64,000 nucleotides of DNA, taken from positions 11,038,001 to 11,102,000 of the forward strand of contig NC_045696.1 in NCBI RefSeq assembly GCF_009834535.1, read 5' to 3'. The position numbers and the translations under genes were made by a program. Under the pieces are notes generated by a model, which saw only the letters and a program-made list of their open reading frames with translations, was not told the origin of the DNA and searched no databases. The first letter of the stretch is position 1. Every line of letters starts with the position of its first letter. This DNA comes from Camelus ferus (lineage: Eukaryota). This document shows, one piece after another, positions 24,851-34,935 of the stretch.

Positions 24851-24948
24851 AAAGAATATATATATGTATATATGTAATTGAATCACTATGCTATACACCA
24901 GAAACTAACACAACATTGTAAATCAAGCTATACTTCAATTAAAAAAAA
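24851..24948 (+). mobile_element. Very short L1 3' end, nested in an older minus-strand L1 (about 24200-25340)
   Basis: tgaatcactatgctatacaccagaaactaacacaacattgtaaatcaagctatacttcaatt plus A-run. Confidence 0.8.
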
Positions 24949-25003
24949 CCCTGCACACTTAAAAAATCAGAAAAAAGAATATATATAGGAACTATATATA
25001 TTC

Positions 25004-25192
25004 TTTTTTTATTGACATATAGTCCATTTACAATGTTGTGTCAATTTCTGGTGTGCAGCATAATGTTTCAGTCATACATGTACATACATATATTCCTTTT
25101 CATATTCTTTTTCATTATGGGTTACTATAAGAGATTGAATATAGCTCCCTGGGCTATACAGTAAAAACTTGTTATTTTATATATAGTAGTTA
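25004..25192 (-). mobile_element. Short L1 3' end, opposite orientation to the 24851 copy
   Basis: T-run then attgacatatagtccatttacaatgttgtgtcaatttctggtgtgcagca...tccctgggctatacagta. Confidence 0.82.
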
Positions 25193-25339
25193 CAGAGGAA
25201 CATGTTTCTATATATTCTTGATAATAATCATTTGACAGCACATATACTGTGAATATCTCCTGGTGACTGGCTTGTATTTTCATGTTCACAAAGGTGTCCT
25301 TGGAGCTAGTGAATTTATCTAGAAAACAGGAATGATAAA

Positions 25340-25920
25340 ACTTCTTCCCTGCCTCCAGTTGGTCCCCTCTCTCCTCTCTTCCCTTCTCATCCATCTTTCC
25401 CACTGTAGCCATTGTAATCTTTTTTAAAAATGCACAGCAGATCACATTACTGCCCTACTTAAAACCTATAAATGGTCCCCCTCCTTCTGTAAGAAAAAAT
25501 CGAATCCTGACTACCGCCAATGATGCTTACTAGGGCCTGGCCTGTTCAAACACCCTCTCCAAGTTCAAATCCCAAGACCCACCCTCTGCTCTCTGCTTTC
25601 CTGCCCATCGGCCTCTCTCCAGCCCTCATGGGGCCAGACAGCTTCACACATCTGTGCTTTTGCGCGTGCTGTTCCTTCTGCCTGGAATGTTCTGTCTCCC
25701 CTTTTCATCCAGCCCTCTGTGTCCCCAGCCCCAGTCTGGACCAGGTCCCCAGTCATTAGGTCTCATAGCCTCTCGAATATCACTCTGTTGCTGTGTTTGT
25801 CCTTTATTGCCCCATAGAAGGCAAGTTCCATGAAAGCTGGGGCCAAACTGCCTTGTTCTTCACCAAATCCCCAGTGTCCGGTGCATAGCAGGGGTGACAC
25901 AGTCATCCGCTGAGTGCGTG
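25340..25920 (+). mobile_element. L2 3' fragment; similar L2 remnants at about 37080-37650, 41250-42170, 54870-55560 (minus) and 58130-58380
   Basis: cagatcacattactgccctacttaaaacc...gctgttccttctgcctggaatg...gcaagttccatgaaag...ttcaccaaatccccagtg are degraded L2 motifs. Confidence 0.55.
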
Positions 25921-27223
25921 ATGGGAGGGGTCCTAGGTCTACAGCACTAGGCTTGGAGCCCTGTGTAGGGGGCTCCATCGTGTTAGCAACCTTTCTTCCT
26001 CTCCCTCTGTTCCTAGGGAGTAAGGGTCTGAATTCTATTTCCAGGAGAGCCTCTCAACCATCAGATCCTCAGTGTCTGTTGGCTCAGGTAAGCCTCCTGC
26101 CCAGTGATCACTCTCCAGGCCACGTTTACAACAAGTCTGCTGAGATCCTGCCATCTTAGCAAGCCCATTGGAAACGAGGCTTCCAAGTCACCTGAACCAA
26201 CTAGTTTGAAGTCGCAGAACCACCAGATGTTGCTTAGATGGAGCCCTGGCAGGGAGCTGGCCCAGCTCCTCCTGTTTCAGCCCCTTTTTGTGTCCAAAGC
26301 TGCCACTTGGCTGGAACCCCAAGCTCGGGCCAGCGCTCCCTCCACGGCCCCAGGCTTTACACTAAGGGCAATAATTGGACCACTTTAGGCTTTTGTGACC
26401 TCTTTTCCTAGTACAGACTCTAGAAAAATAAAGGCATTAGTCTCCTTATTAAACAGAATCTTCACACTGTGCTCCTGTTGGTATGAGTCTCGTTTTAGCC
26501 TCGGTTCATTCCAGGCTCAAGTGAATGCTGTGCATTTCATCAGCTGCAGCAAGCCCTCGGGACTCTCCCAGTGGCGGCCCGTGGCCTCTTAGGTGCCTGG
26601 ACCCTCAGATCTGAAGCCAACACAAGCTCCAGCTCAAACTTATAAGACACCGAGAGGCCAGGGCGAGGGTTCCACCCGTGGGGCCCTGCTACTGTCGGGT
26701 GAAAGCACAAAGCGTATGGGGCCTGGTCTGACAGGACTCAGGGATGTGATAATAACTTTCTGTCGTGGAAGCCAAGATTGGAGGCCGTGGGAACACTTCA
26801 GAGTCCACACCTATGTGACAAGGTGATGCTGATTTCCAGTCGTCCTCCCTGACAGGGGATCATGTAACTCCAACTTTGGAACGTGTTATTATGCTTCTGT
26901 TTTGATGTGGGTTTGTCTGATATCCTGGAGTCCCTTTCATCTGGAACAATGATACCTTCCCAACTCAGGAGACGTGCTGCTTTCGCACCCGTGCACCCTG
27001 GGAGTCCACAGAGAGCTCTGCCGGAGGCTGAAGACACACACAGCCCCAGCCCAAGGCAGGGACAGAAACATTAGGCCACGGAGGGCGTGCAGTGACACAC
27101 CAGCTAGGTGGGATGGCAGACATCAAGTCCCGAGCAAGTCCATCTACAGAAGTCTCCTTCCGCACAAGCTGCAGGGGTGCGATGTCTGAGCAGCTAACAA
27201 ACTGCCTTCCCCAAGCCTCCAGC

Positions 27224-27263
27224 ACACACACACACACACACATACACACATGTACGCACGCAC
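27224..27263. repeat. (CA)n microsatellite
   Basis: cacacacacacacacacacatacacacatgtacgcacgcac. Confidence 0.9.
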
Positions 27264-28550
27264 GCTCCTTTCCATTTCCCTAATTTCAGAAATCTTCTAT
27301 GAGCTTCAGACCATGATCTAAATTCAAGAATGAATTCAAGGAGTGGGTCTCTATTATTGACAGGAGGGTACATTCAAAAGCTCCTAAGAAGACATTTCAC
27401 AGACCACTTAAATGGCCCAAAGAGAAATCATTTATCCAGGACCCTTGGACATTTTCGTGTCTGTTCTGCCAGCCTCTGTGTCTCGCCTTCCTGGGACAAG
27501 CCCCTCAGCTCTGTTTCTAGTCTTCTTGTCCCCTATGTGCACTTGGCTGCACTAATGCAGCAACGCTACCTGCAGCCTGACCTGGGGAAACATGCTTTTG
27601 GATTCGCTCAATCTACTGTTTATTTGGCTGATTTTGCCAGAATCTTCCCAGCTCACTTTTGACTGCTCTGGCCGAGGCCTCTCCTGTAGAAAGGCCTCCT
27701 CCCCTGGGTGGGTGCCCAGGGACCCCAGTCCGGTCTTCAGATCACATCCCTACATGGGGACGAGGATGCGTCTGAGAGTTGGCTGGGGCGATGCTTTCTA
27801 GCGACCATGAGGGTGGTGCTCGTGTTGAGATGGCTCAGCCTGGCATCCTGCCCTTCACTGCAGTGGGCTGACCTGCTGGGAGACGAGGAGCAGTGGGCTG
27901 GGGACCACATCCAGAGTGACCACCCACTTCTAGTAGTGACTCCATTTCACTAATACCTGACAGTGTGTTCAGAGCCTCTTTCCTTTGACGTGAAATTCAG
28001 GCTTGGTCGTGCCTTGCTGAGATGAATGTGTCTAAACATCCCTCAATAAAACCAAATAACCCATTGAGTCCTTTTATTTCTTTAAAATTGAATACCTATA
28101 AATAGCAAATGTGGGGTGACAATCAGCTGCAGGATGGCTCATGACACCAGAGGATTCACCATCCAGTCACTTATTAAGTCCTTAATAAGTGCCAGCTCTG
28201 TCCCAGGCACCGGAAAATGACAATGACTAAGATGACAAACATCTGCCCTTGAGACGCTTAATGTCTAGCGGAGACATGGGCACTTAACCAGTAAATCTCT
28301 CCAACGACTTCTGGGAGTGATGAACGTGTAGAAGGACAGACAAGGATGGAGCGAAGTTAACTGGGATCACTCCAGCTCGTGAGGTTTCCATCTCTCAAAA
28401 TTCTGCAGGGTATCCTCTCTTGGAGAAGCTGAGTCTGAACCCTGCCTTGCCACTGGCCACTCGGTATCTTCAAGCAAATAGCTCAGCTCCTCTGAGCCTT
28501 GGCTTCCCTGTGTGCAGAATAAGGGATCCCAGTCCCTCTCTCACAGTCAT

Positions 28551-28905
28551 TGCTATGGTCTGAACTGTGTCTCCCCAAACTCATGTGTTGAAGCCTTTAC
28601 CCACAATGTGACTGTATGTGGAGACAGAACCTATAAGGATGTAATTGAGGTTAAATGGGGACATACAGGTGGGGCCCTGATCCAATAGGATTGGTGTCCT
28701 TACAAGAAGAGACACCAAGAACTCTCTTTCTCTCTTGCTCTCCCTGCTGTGTGATGACTCAGGTCTACCAGCCATGAAGAGAGCTCTCACTAGAAACCAA
28801 ACCCACTGGCACCTTGATCATGGCTTTCCAGCCTGGAAGAAAATTAATTTCTGTTGTTTAAGCCACTCAATCCATGGTATCTTGTTATGGCCGCCTGAGC
28901 TGACC
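28551..28905 (+). mobile_element. MaLR solo LTR (MLT1/MST-like)
   Basis: tgctatggtctgaactgtgtctcccc...ccctgatccaataggattggtgtccttacaagaagaga...tttctgttgtttaagccac. Confidence 0.8.
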
Positions 28906-30015
28906 AGGGCGGTAGTTGAGGGGAGCTGACGTGGCCCGGAACGGCCGCAGCACAGTGAGCAGCCTCCTCATTGTGCCCTGCGTGCGGTGTTCTCATGGTG
29001 TCTTTCCCCAAGGGGCTCTCCAGGCACTTGGAAATACAGGGATACTTTCGACAATAAAAATTGTTACATCTCTTAACTTCGATAATTATTGGGAGCAGCA
29101 AGAAATGGAAATGGGAGGGTGGTTAGAAAAGAGAAGATTCTCAGAGAAGATTCTCAGCAACCACACCACAGCCACACAAGAGGGATGCTGGCAGAGGACC
29201 CCGACACTGTTCCACCTCCTGTGCTGAGATGTTTCCTCAGGCCTTTATTTTCCTCTGAGGAAGGCTCACCCCAAACAGCCCCGCTTCAGCAGGCCTTGAG
29301 TAAGGAATGCTGCCATGCATCATATTACCATGTATTTGACAAAAGGCCTCAGAGCTTTTGGCTCCCTGAGCAGAGCCAGGCAGGCATTGCCGAAACTTGC
29401 AGAGGCAATATTCCAAAATACAGTCTGTCCAGAGGTGAGCGGAGAGGCTGGTGAGGAGGGATGGCAGGCACCCTGCTCGCTGACGAGCAATCTTGCCTCC
29501 CCTACTTAAGGAGGGCCGAGTCTGATTGATCCTCGAGGCTAAGATTATCAAGGGAAACCTTGGCAACCGACAGACGTAACATTGGTGACTCAGAAAGGGG
29601 CTCTGCCTTCGCAGGGCATGACCTGTTTTATTCACTAAGTCAGCTTTTGGCTCAATTTTCTTCCAGCCAAGGGTGGAATTCAATAATCTGATGCCCTTCC
29701 CAAATTTTAGAGCTGGAAAGTGCATTCCTCTGGTTCCTACTCCGCAAAGCAGAAAATTCCCAGGCAGCCCAGCTCCTATGTCGCGTGACTTTTGCGTCTG
29801 CTACCTTCCTATGTGGTTCTCTTGTTGGTCGCCCTGTGGGAACTGTGCCTGAATTCAGGGGCCTCTGTGTTCTGGATTGTAGAAGATAGCAGCTGCTGTG
29901 TCAAACTCAAAGTCATTTTTCTTTAGCTATCCAAGTGTTATAACTAAACAGATCATTTGTGTGAAGACTTCAGCAAATCCATGAGCATCTAGGAAGGTTC
30001 AGTTCACTGACCTAC

Positions 30016-30105
30016 CTCTAATGTAGGCAAATGCCGCCAGGGAGTGGCTGACAATAACTCCATCCTTCCTCAGAACCCTCGGTTCACTTGGGTCAAAGTT
30101 TATAC
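30016..30105 (-). CDS. EVA1C: EVA1C internal coding exon (exon 7 equivalent), juxtamembrane start of the EVA1/FAM176 region
   Basis: 90 nt, not in the ORF track. Acceptor tgtgtgtgaaacag|GT, donor AGAG|gtaggt. Translates GINFDPSEPRVLRKDGVIVSHSLAAFAYIR. Confidence 0.93.
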
Positions 30106-30772
30106 CTGTTTCACACACAAAAAAATGCAAGACTGATTAACTCCAGCTGTTCACAGTATGCATTTTGTTCCTAACCCAGGACTGCGACGACAAATAAAAA
30201 GTCATAGAAATCCAATAAGTGGGCTTCTAACTAAATTACAGAGGACTAAGCCAGGAAGAGCATTTGGTAAGCAGGCTCTGAAAATATCAAGTGATAAAAG
30301 AGATTTAGAAATTCTAAAATGTGTTGGTTCCAACTTCAGGTACCACTTACCTTCTCTACTGCAGAAGGGAGCACATTTGTTCTCCCATCCTAAAGGCAAC
30401 GGCATTCATCATGCCTCTGGGAGATTTAACAGTGTCCTACATAACCGCAGCTGGCCGCAGCTGGTAAGAAGGCCTTGGATTATGCAGGGAGGCTGTGTTG
30501 GGCTACATTTTTGGAAATGACAGCAAAATGCAGGGCAGATCTGGTTTCAGTTGCCTGGTTAAGCTGCCATGATGGGGCTCTGTGGACCCCTGGGAATGTC
30601 AGAGCTCTCAGGCCTCTGGGCAGAGGGTCGGGGATATTCATAGGATCGAGGTGGGAGCCCTGTTAAAAGGAGCAGTGGGGCTGGGAGATGCAGAGCCTGG
30701 GGGAGAGCTGGAGGAGCACCATGAGGAGAGTGTAGGATATTAATACTGGTTATCTTTAAGCTTGTTCTAAAG

Positions 30773-30899
30773 TTTTATTTTGGGGGGGGGGATTAGGTTT
30801 ATTTATTTTAATTTCTTTTTAATGGAGGTACTGGGGATTGAACCCAGGACCTTGTGCGTGCTAAGCATGTGCTCTACCACTGAGCTATACCCACTCCCC
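30773..30899 (-). mobile_element. tRNA-Ala-derived SINE, long form, in EVA1C intron 6
   Basis: Reverse complement reads ggggagtgggtatagctcagtggtagagcacatgcttagcacgcacaaggtcctgggttcaatccccagtacctcca plus the taaacctaatcccc tail. Confidence 0.9.
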
Positions 30900-31557
30900 T
30901 ATCCCTAAGCTTTGAGACTAGGGGAGAGTTGTTTCCTGGTGCTTTCCTCCATGTTCCACATCAAGCACACTTTTCTACTTAGTGGGACGAGACCTCATAA
31001 ATCTAATTAAACTAACACCAGATCAACTCTCAACCCGCAACGCACAATCTCTTAGACAGAATGTCTTGAAGGCCTCTGTAGTTCCTATCAGGAGCCCTAA
31101 GGGTCTGAATTCCACTCTAGATTTGATAAGAAAACCAAAACGTTCATCTCCTTATTTACACAAGTCCCGTGAAAACCTCAGGAAGATGGTGATATGTATG
31201 TGGATGGAGGCCCGCGGGCCCAGCCTGGGTCTGGCCCACTCAGGTCCCCAATGGGACTGTGTTTCCATCATATGATCCAGGAACCCCAGATTTATTTCTG
31301 AGCAGATCTCTCTTTTTCTTTTAGGAAACAAGAGAGGGAGTGGAAGGAGGATTTATCCTACTTATCATTTAAAACACGAAACAAAATGTTGGCCACCATC
31401 TGCAACCATCTGCCACAGCACCACCACCCTCGGCGCTGGCAGCTCCCACACCTCCTGATGTCCCCTTCCATCCCGGCCCGTGTGCACCCACCTGCGCTCA
31501 CATGGGCTGTTTACCCCTACTTAAAGGAAAATGCTGGGAGTAAGCCATAAAAATTAC

Positions 31558-31638
31558 CATATTCACCATCTTTCTGCTTCAAAGTCGGTTTTAGATTGGC
31601 AACGGCTGGATCAATCGCTGAGAGGATGTTCTTGGGGA
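31558..31638 (-). CDS. EVA1C: EVA1C internal coding exon (exon 6 equivalent), extracellular stalk
   Basis: 81 nt, not in the ORF track. Acceptor tttctttttggtttttag|TC, donor TATG|gtaatt. Translates VPKNILSAIDPAVANLKPTLKQKDGEY in frame with its neighbours. Confidence 0.93.
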
Positions 31639-31859
31639 CTAAAAACCAAAAAGAAACACTGTAAATACTTTATACGCTTAATGTATCTTTAAAATGCAAT
31701 GCAGGTAAGATTAAAAGAAATCAGTTTTCAAATCAGTACATAAATCACTCACTCTGCTTGTCAGATTCACTCATACACAGACACCAGCGGTACCCACGTG
31801 ATCATCAAATGTTCCAGAAGGGTTAAATTTTAGGCCTCTTTTGCAGTATTAAAAAACCA

Positions 31860-32600
31860 AAATGAGGGCAAATAAACAAGATATGGTAGATCTATGCAAC
31901 AGAATAATATTTAGAAATAAAAAGGAATGAAGTACAACCATCCCCCGGGATCCTCAGGGGACTGATTCCAGGACCCCTGGGGATATTAAAATCCATGGAT
32001 GCTTTAGTCCCTCATATAAAATGACGTATGACTTGCACATAACCTATGCACATCCTCTGGTATGCTTTAAATCATCTCTAGATTACTGATAATACCTAAT
32101 ACAATGTAAATGCTGTGTAAATAGTTGTCAGTGTGCGGCAAATTCAAGTTTTGCTTTTTTGAATTTTCTGGAATTTTTTTTTTTTTTTTTAATATTTTCA
32201 ATGCGTGGTGGGTTGAATCCATGGATGCGGGACCCGCAGGCACGGAGGGCGGACTGTGCTAGTACACGCTACAACGTGGATGCCCCTCAAAAACATTACA
32301 CTGCGGGAAGGAAGCCAGACACAAAAGACCATCTATGGTACGATTCCATTCATATGAAATCTCCAGAAGAGGTAAATTTACAGAGACAGAAAGTAAATGA
32401 GTGGTTACCGAGGACAGGGATGGGAATGGGGACTGACTGCAAACCGGCAGGAGGGGACTTTGGGGGATCATGGAAATGCTTTAACACTGGAGTGTGGTGT
32501 GCAGCTGTGGGGCTCTCTCAGTGTACCAGAAATCACTGAATTGTTTTTACTGAAAACGGGAGAATTTTAAGGTATGTAAATCACACCGCAATAATGCTGT
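31860..32600 (+). mobile_element. Old L1 3' fragment (L1MB-like), split by a MER2-like transposon
   Basis: aataaaaaggaatgaagta before the insertion continues as ...gctacaacgtggatg...gaagccagacacaaaagacc after it. Confidence 0.7.
31935..32256 (+). mobile_element. MER2-like (TcMar-Tigger) non-autonomous DNA transposon
   Basis: ttccaggacccc...aaaatccatggatgct...tttaaatcatctctagattac...ggttgaatccatggatgcgg...cggagggcggactg. Inserted at a TA. Confidence 0.8.
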
Positions 32601-34451
32601 TAACTTTGAACATGAACTTCTCTGAGATACAGTGAAACCAAATGAGTGCAACCCCCTCAGAACCCACCTCTGACCTCTCCCAGCTGCAGCTCTGCTTTCT
32701 GTCCACAGCGCTCTAACTCATTGCTTCTATAATAAGCCTGCAGAGAATTCTAGGGCTCCGTGCTAGAATGAACCTCTCAGTACTATTAAACAAAACAAAA
32801 CAAAACATCGGAAAGATGAGGAGAGAGGGCGGTGTAACAGACACTTTTGGAAGGTGGTTAAAGATTCTACTGAACTGACCTTAAGAATAAGCCATCAGGA
32901 TCTCAAAGACCCCCCCCCCCACCATCCCAGGCAAAGCAGACAAGATGGGAGCAGGAGCCAAATGGGGGGAAAAGCGAGAATTCTGAAGACCCAGTGCCCT
33001 GCAGCCGGCTGGGAGGAGGGAGAGGAAACCAAATGTTTTTGCTGCAGAAAACTGCTTATTTTTGTTTGTTCTTTAGCTCAGCTGGTATCTGGGAGAAGTG
33101 GCAACAGGAAATAGAAGTGAAGCCAATACAAACCCTGCAAGTTCAAGTGTACTGATTTTTGAAACAGAGCTGGTAAGACATCTTCAGCGGCAAGAAAATC
33201 TCATTTCCTTTCTCATAGTGCTTCACTGAAGACTTTTGGGGATGTCCCAGGATCAGCAACCAAGAGGACATTCCTAAATTGTGAATTTTCCCCATGCAGG
33301 AGGCCCTGGCGCCTTTGTGGTCATCAGCAGCGGGGGTCAATTTCCAGGGCCGCCGGTGACGGTGGTGGAGGCAGCGGAAGCTGTCCAGGGCCCCCCAGGA
33401 ATGCCCTCTGGGACCTGCTGATCCTGGGACACCGGCAGTGCCCCAGAGAGCTGAGCTGTGGGGCCCCAAGATGCTTTCTGATGAGACAGCCTCTCCATCA
33501 CTTCTGCACCCTGAGAAGGACTCCCTTGGTTCCTCAGCGGGAGTAAGTCCTCTCTGCCAGGAGGGGCACTTCCTTCTCACATTCATCTCTTGGCTTGTTC
33601 TCAAGATACGGCCCGAGGAGAGCTGGGCTCTTGGCAAGTGCCAGAGGCTTGACAGCGCGAGAAAGAGGAATTGCTCAGAGAGGAAGGGCATTGCAGGATG
33701 AACTTGGCAGAATAAAACATTAAATTGCCCGTGTACGATACAGGCTCGTGTCAGGGAACTTGCCCATTTACTACGTGAAAATGGCTCTGATAGAGGGAGA
33801 ATCTTTCAGGACCTTTGAAATCACAACAGGTGTCAACACACCTGTCAGATTCTCGTAGCTGCTGTTTCAATGTGATTCAGAATGAAGCCGGGGACTGGGT
33901 GTGATTTATTACTGCCTCTCAAGACCACCCCTCTCCACCTGAGGTACATTTGTGAGGACACTAGCAAACCATTTTTCGCAGAGTGCCTGCCACATGCCAA
34001 CCCTGTGCTTTTAAAGGGTGTTTAGAGGGTGCCTCTTGTGTAGTCCTCATAGTGACCCCATGAAGATGCGTATCATTCCCATCCCTGCAGATGGGAAAAC
34101 TAAGGCTCAGAGATGGACCAGCTACAAAGGTAAAAGGCAAAGCTTCAACTCCTGGTCTCGCTCACGCATGCCCTGGCTCTTTTCTGTGATGCTGTACTGT
34201 CCGTGGGACGCTCAGCCCCTGGGAACTGGACAGAGGATTATTTTAAAGGATTATAAAGGTGGCAAAGTGGTTCCCAACCAGACAGTCCCTCTTAAGTCTG
34301 TTAGGTGAAACCAGAGATGACCAGAGATTCAAATGGGCTTGAATGGCTCACTAAATTTAGGTAGGGCCCCTTCCAGAATTTTTTTTTTTTTTTTTTGCTG
34401 AATAAATCTATGTCAAGCTTGGATGAGAGCAAACTTTAAGAAAGAAGCCTC

Positions 34452-34549
34452 AGGGGGAGGGTATAGCTCAGTGGCAGAGTGTTTGCTTAGCAGGCACGAG
34501 GTTCTGGGTTCAATCCCTAGTACCTCCACAAAAAAAAAAAAAAAAATCC
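34452..34549 (+). mobile_element. tRNA-Ala-derived SINE, short form, with perfect 14-bp TSD
   Basis: tRNA body plus poly-A. TSD aagaaagaagcctc at 34438-34451 and 34550-34563, preceded by ttt (L1-endonuclease-type site). Confidence 0.92.
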
Positions 34550-34689
34550 AAGAAAGAAGCCTCCACAGGTTGAACTTGGGGCCCAAAATAATTTTTCATA
34601 TCTGGGACAAAAAAAGATCTCAGCTTTACTATTTCCCTCAATAGGTACCCAGATTGCACGAGCACCTCCGAATCCTGTCACCCCTCCAT

Positions 34690-34935
34690 CCTGCCTGTCC
34701 CAAACCTGCACCACGTATTCCTCCATCCCCAGGGCTTGCACCTCCTATTCTACCTGTCCCCAAATCCTGGCACACTCAGCCCTCATGTCCCGCTATCCCA
34801 GCACCTAGGGAGAAGAGGTACCCAAATCCAGGTGCCACCATCCTTCTTGTCTCCAAATCCTGGCACCCATCACTTTTACCCCCAGATTCTGTTACCATCA
34901 TCCCTCCTGCTCCCAAATCCTGGCATCCATCTGCC
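34690..34935. repeat. Degenerate ~29-30-bp tandem array with core cccaaatcctggcac
   Basis: ccaaatcctggca recurs at about 34760, 34854 and 34914, with weaker units in between. This explains the repeated PKSWH / PNPG peptides in the ORF track. Confidence 0.65.

Noticed and set aside
33143..33691. 182-aa minus-strand ORF in EVA1C intron 5
   Set aside because: No recognisable homology. The EVA1C frame is already complete from exon 5 to exon 6 without it.
34690..34935. Recurrent ccaaatcctggca motif with variable intervening sequence, superficially CRISPR-like
   Set aside because: Mammalian intron, no cas genes, short degenerate repeats, and the 'spacers' resemble one another. It is a decayed minisatellite.
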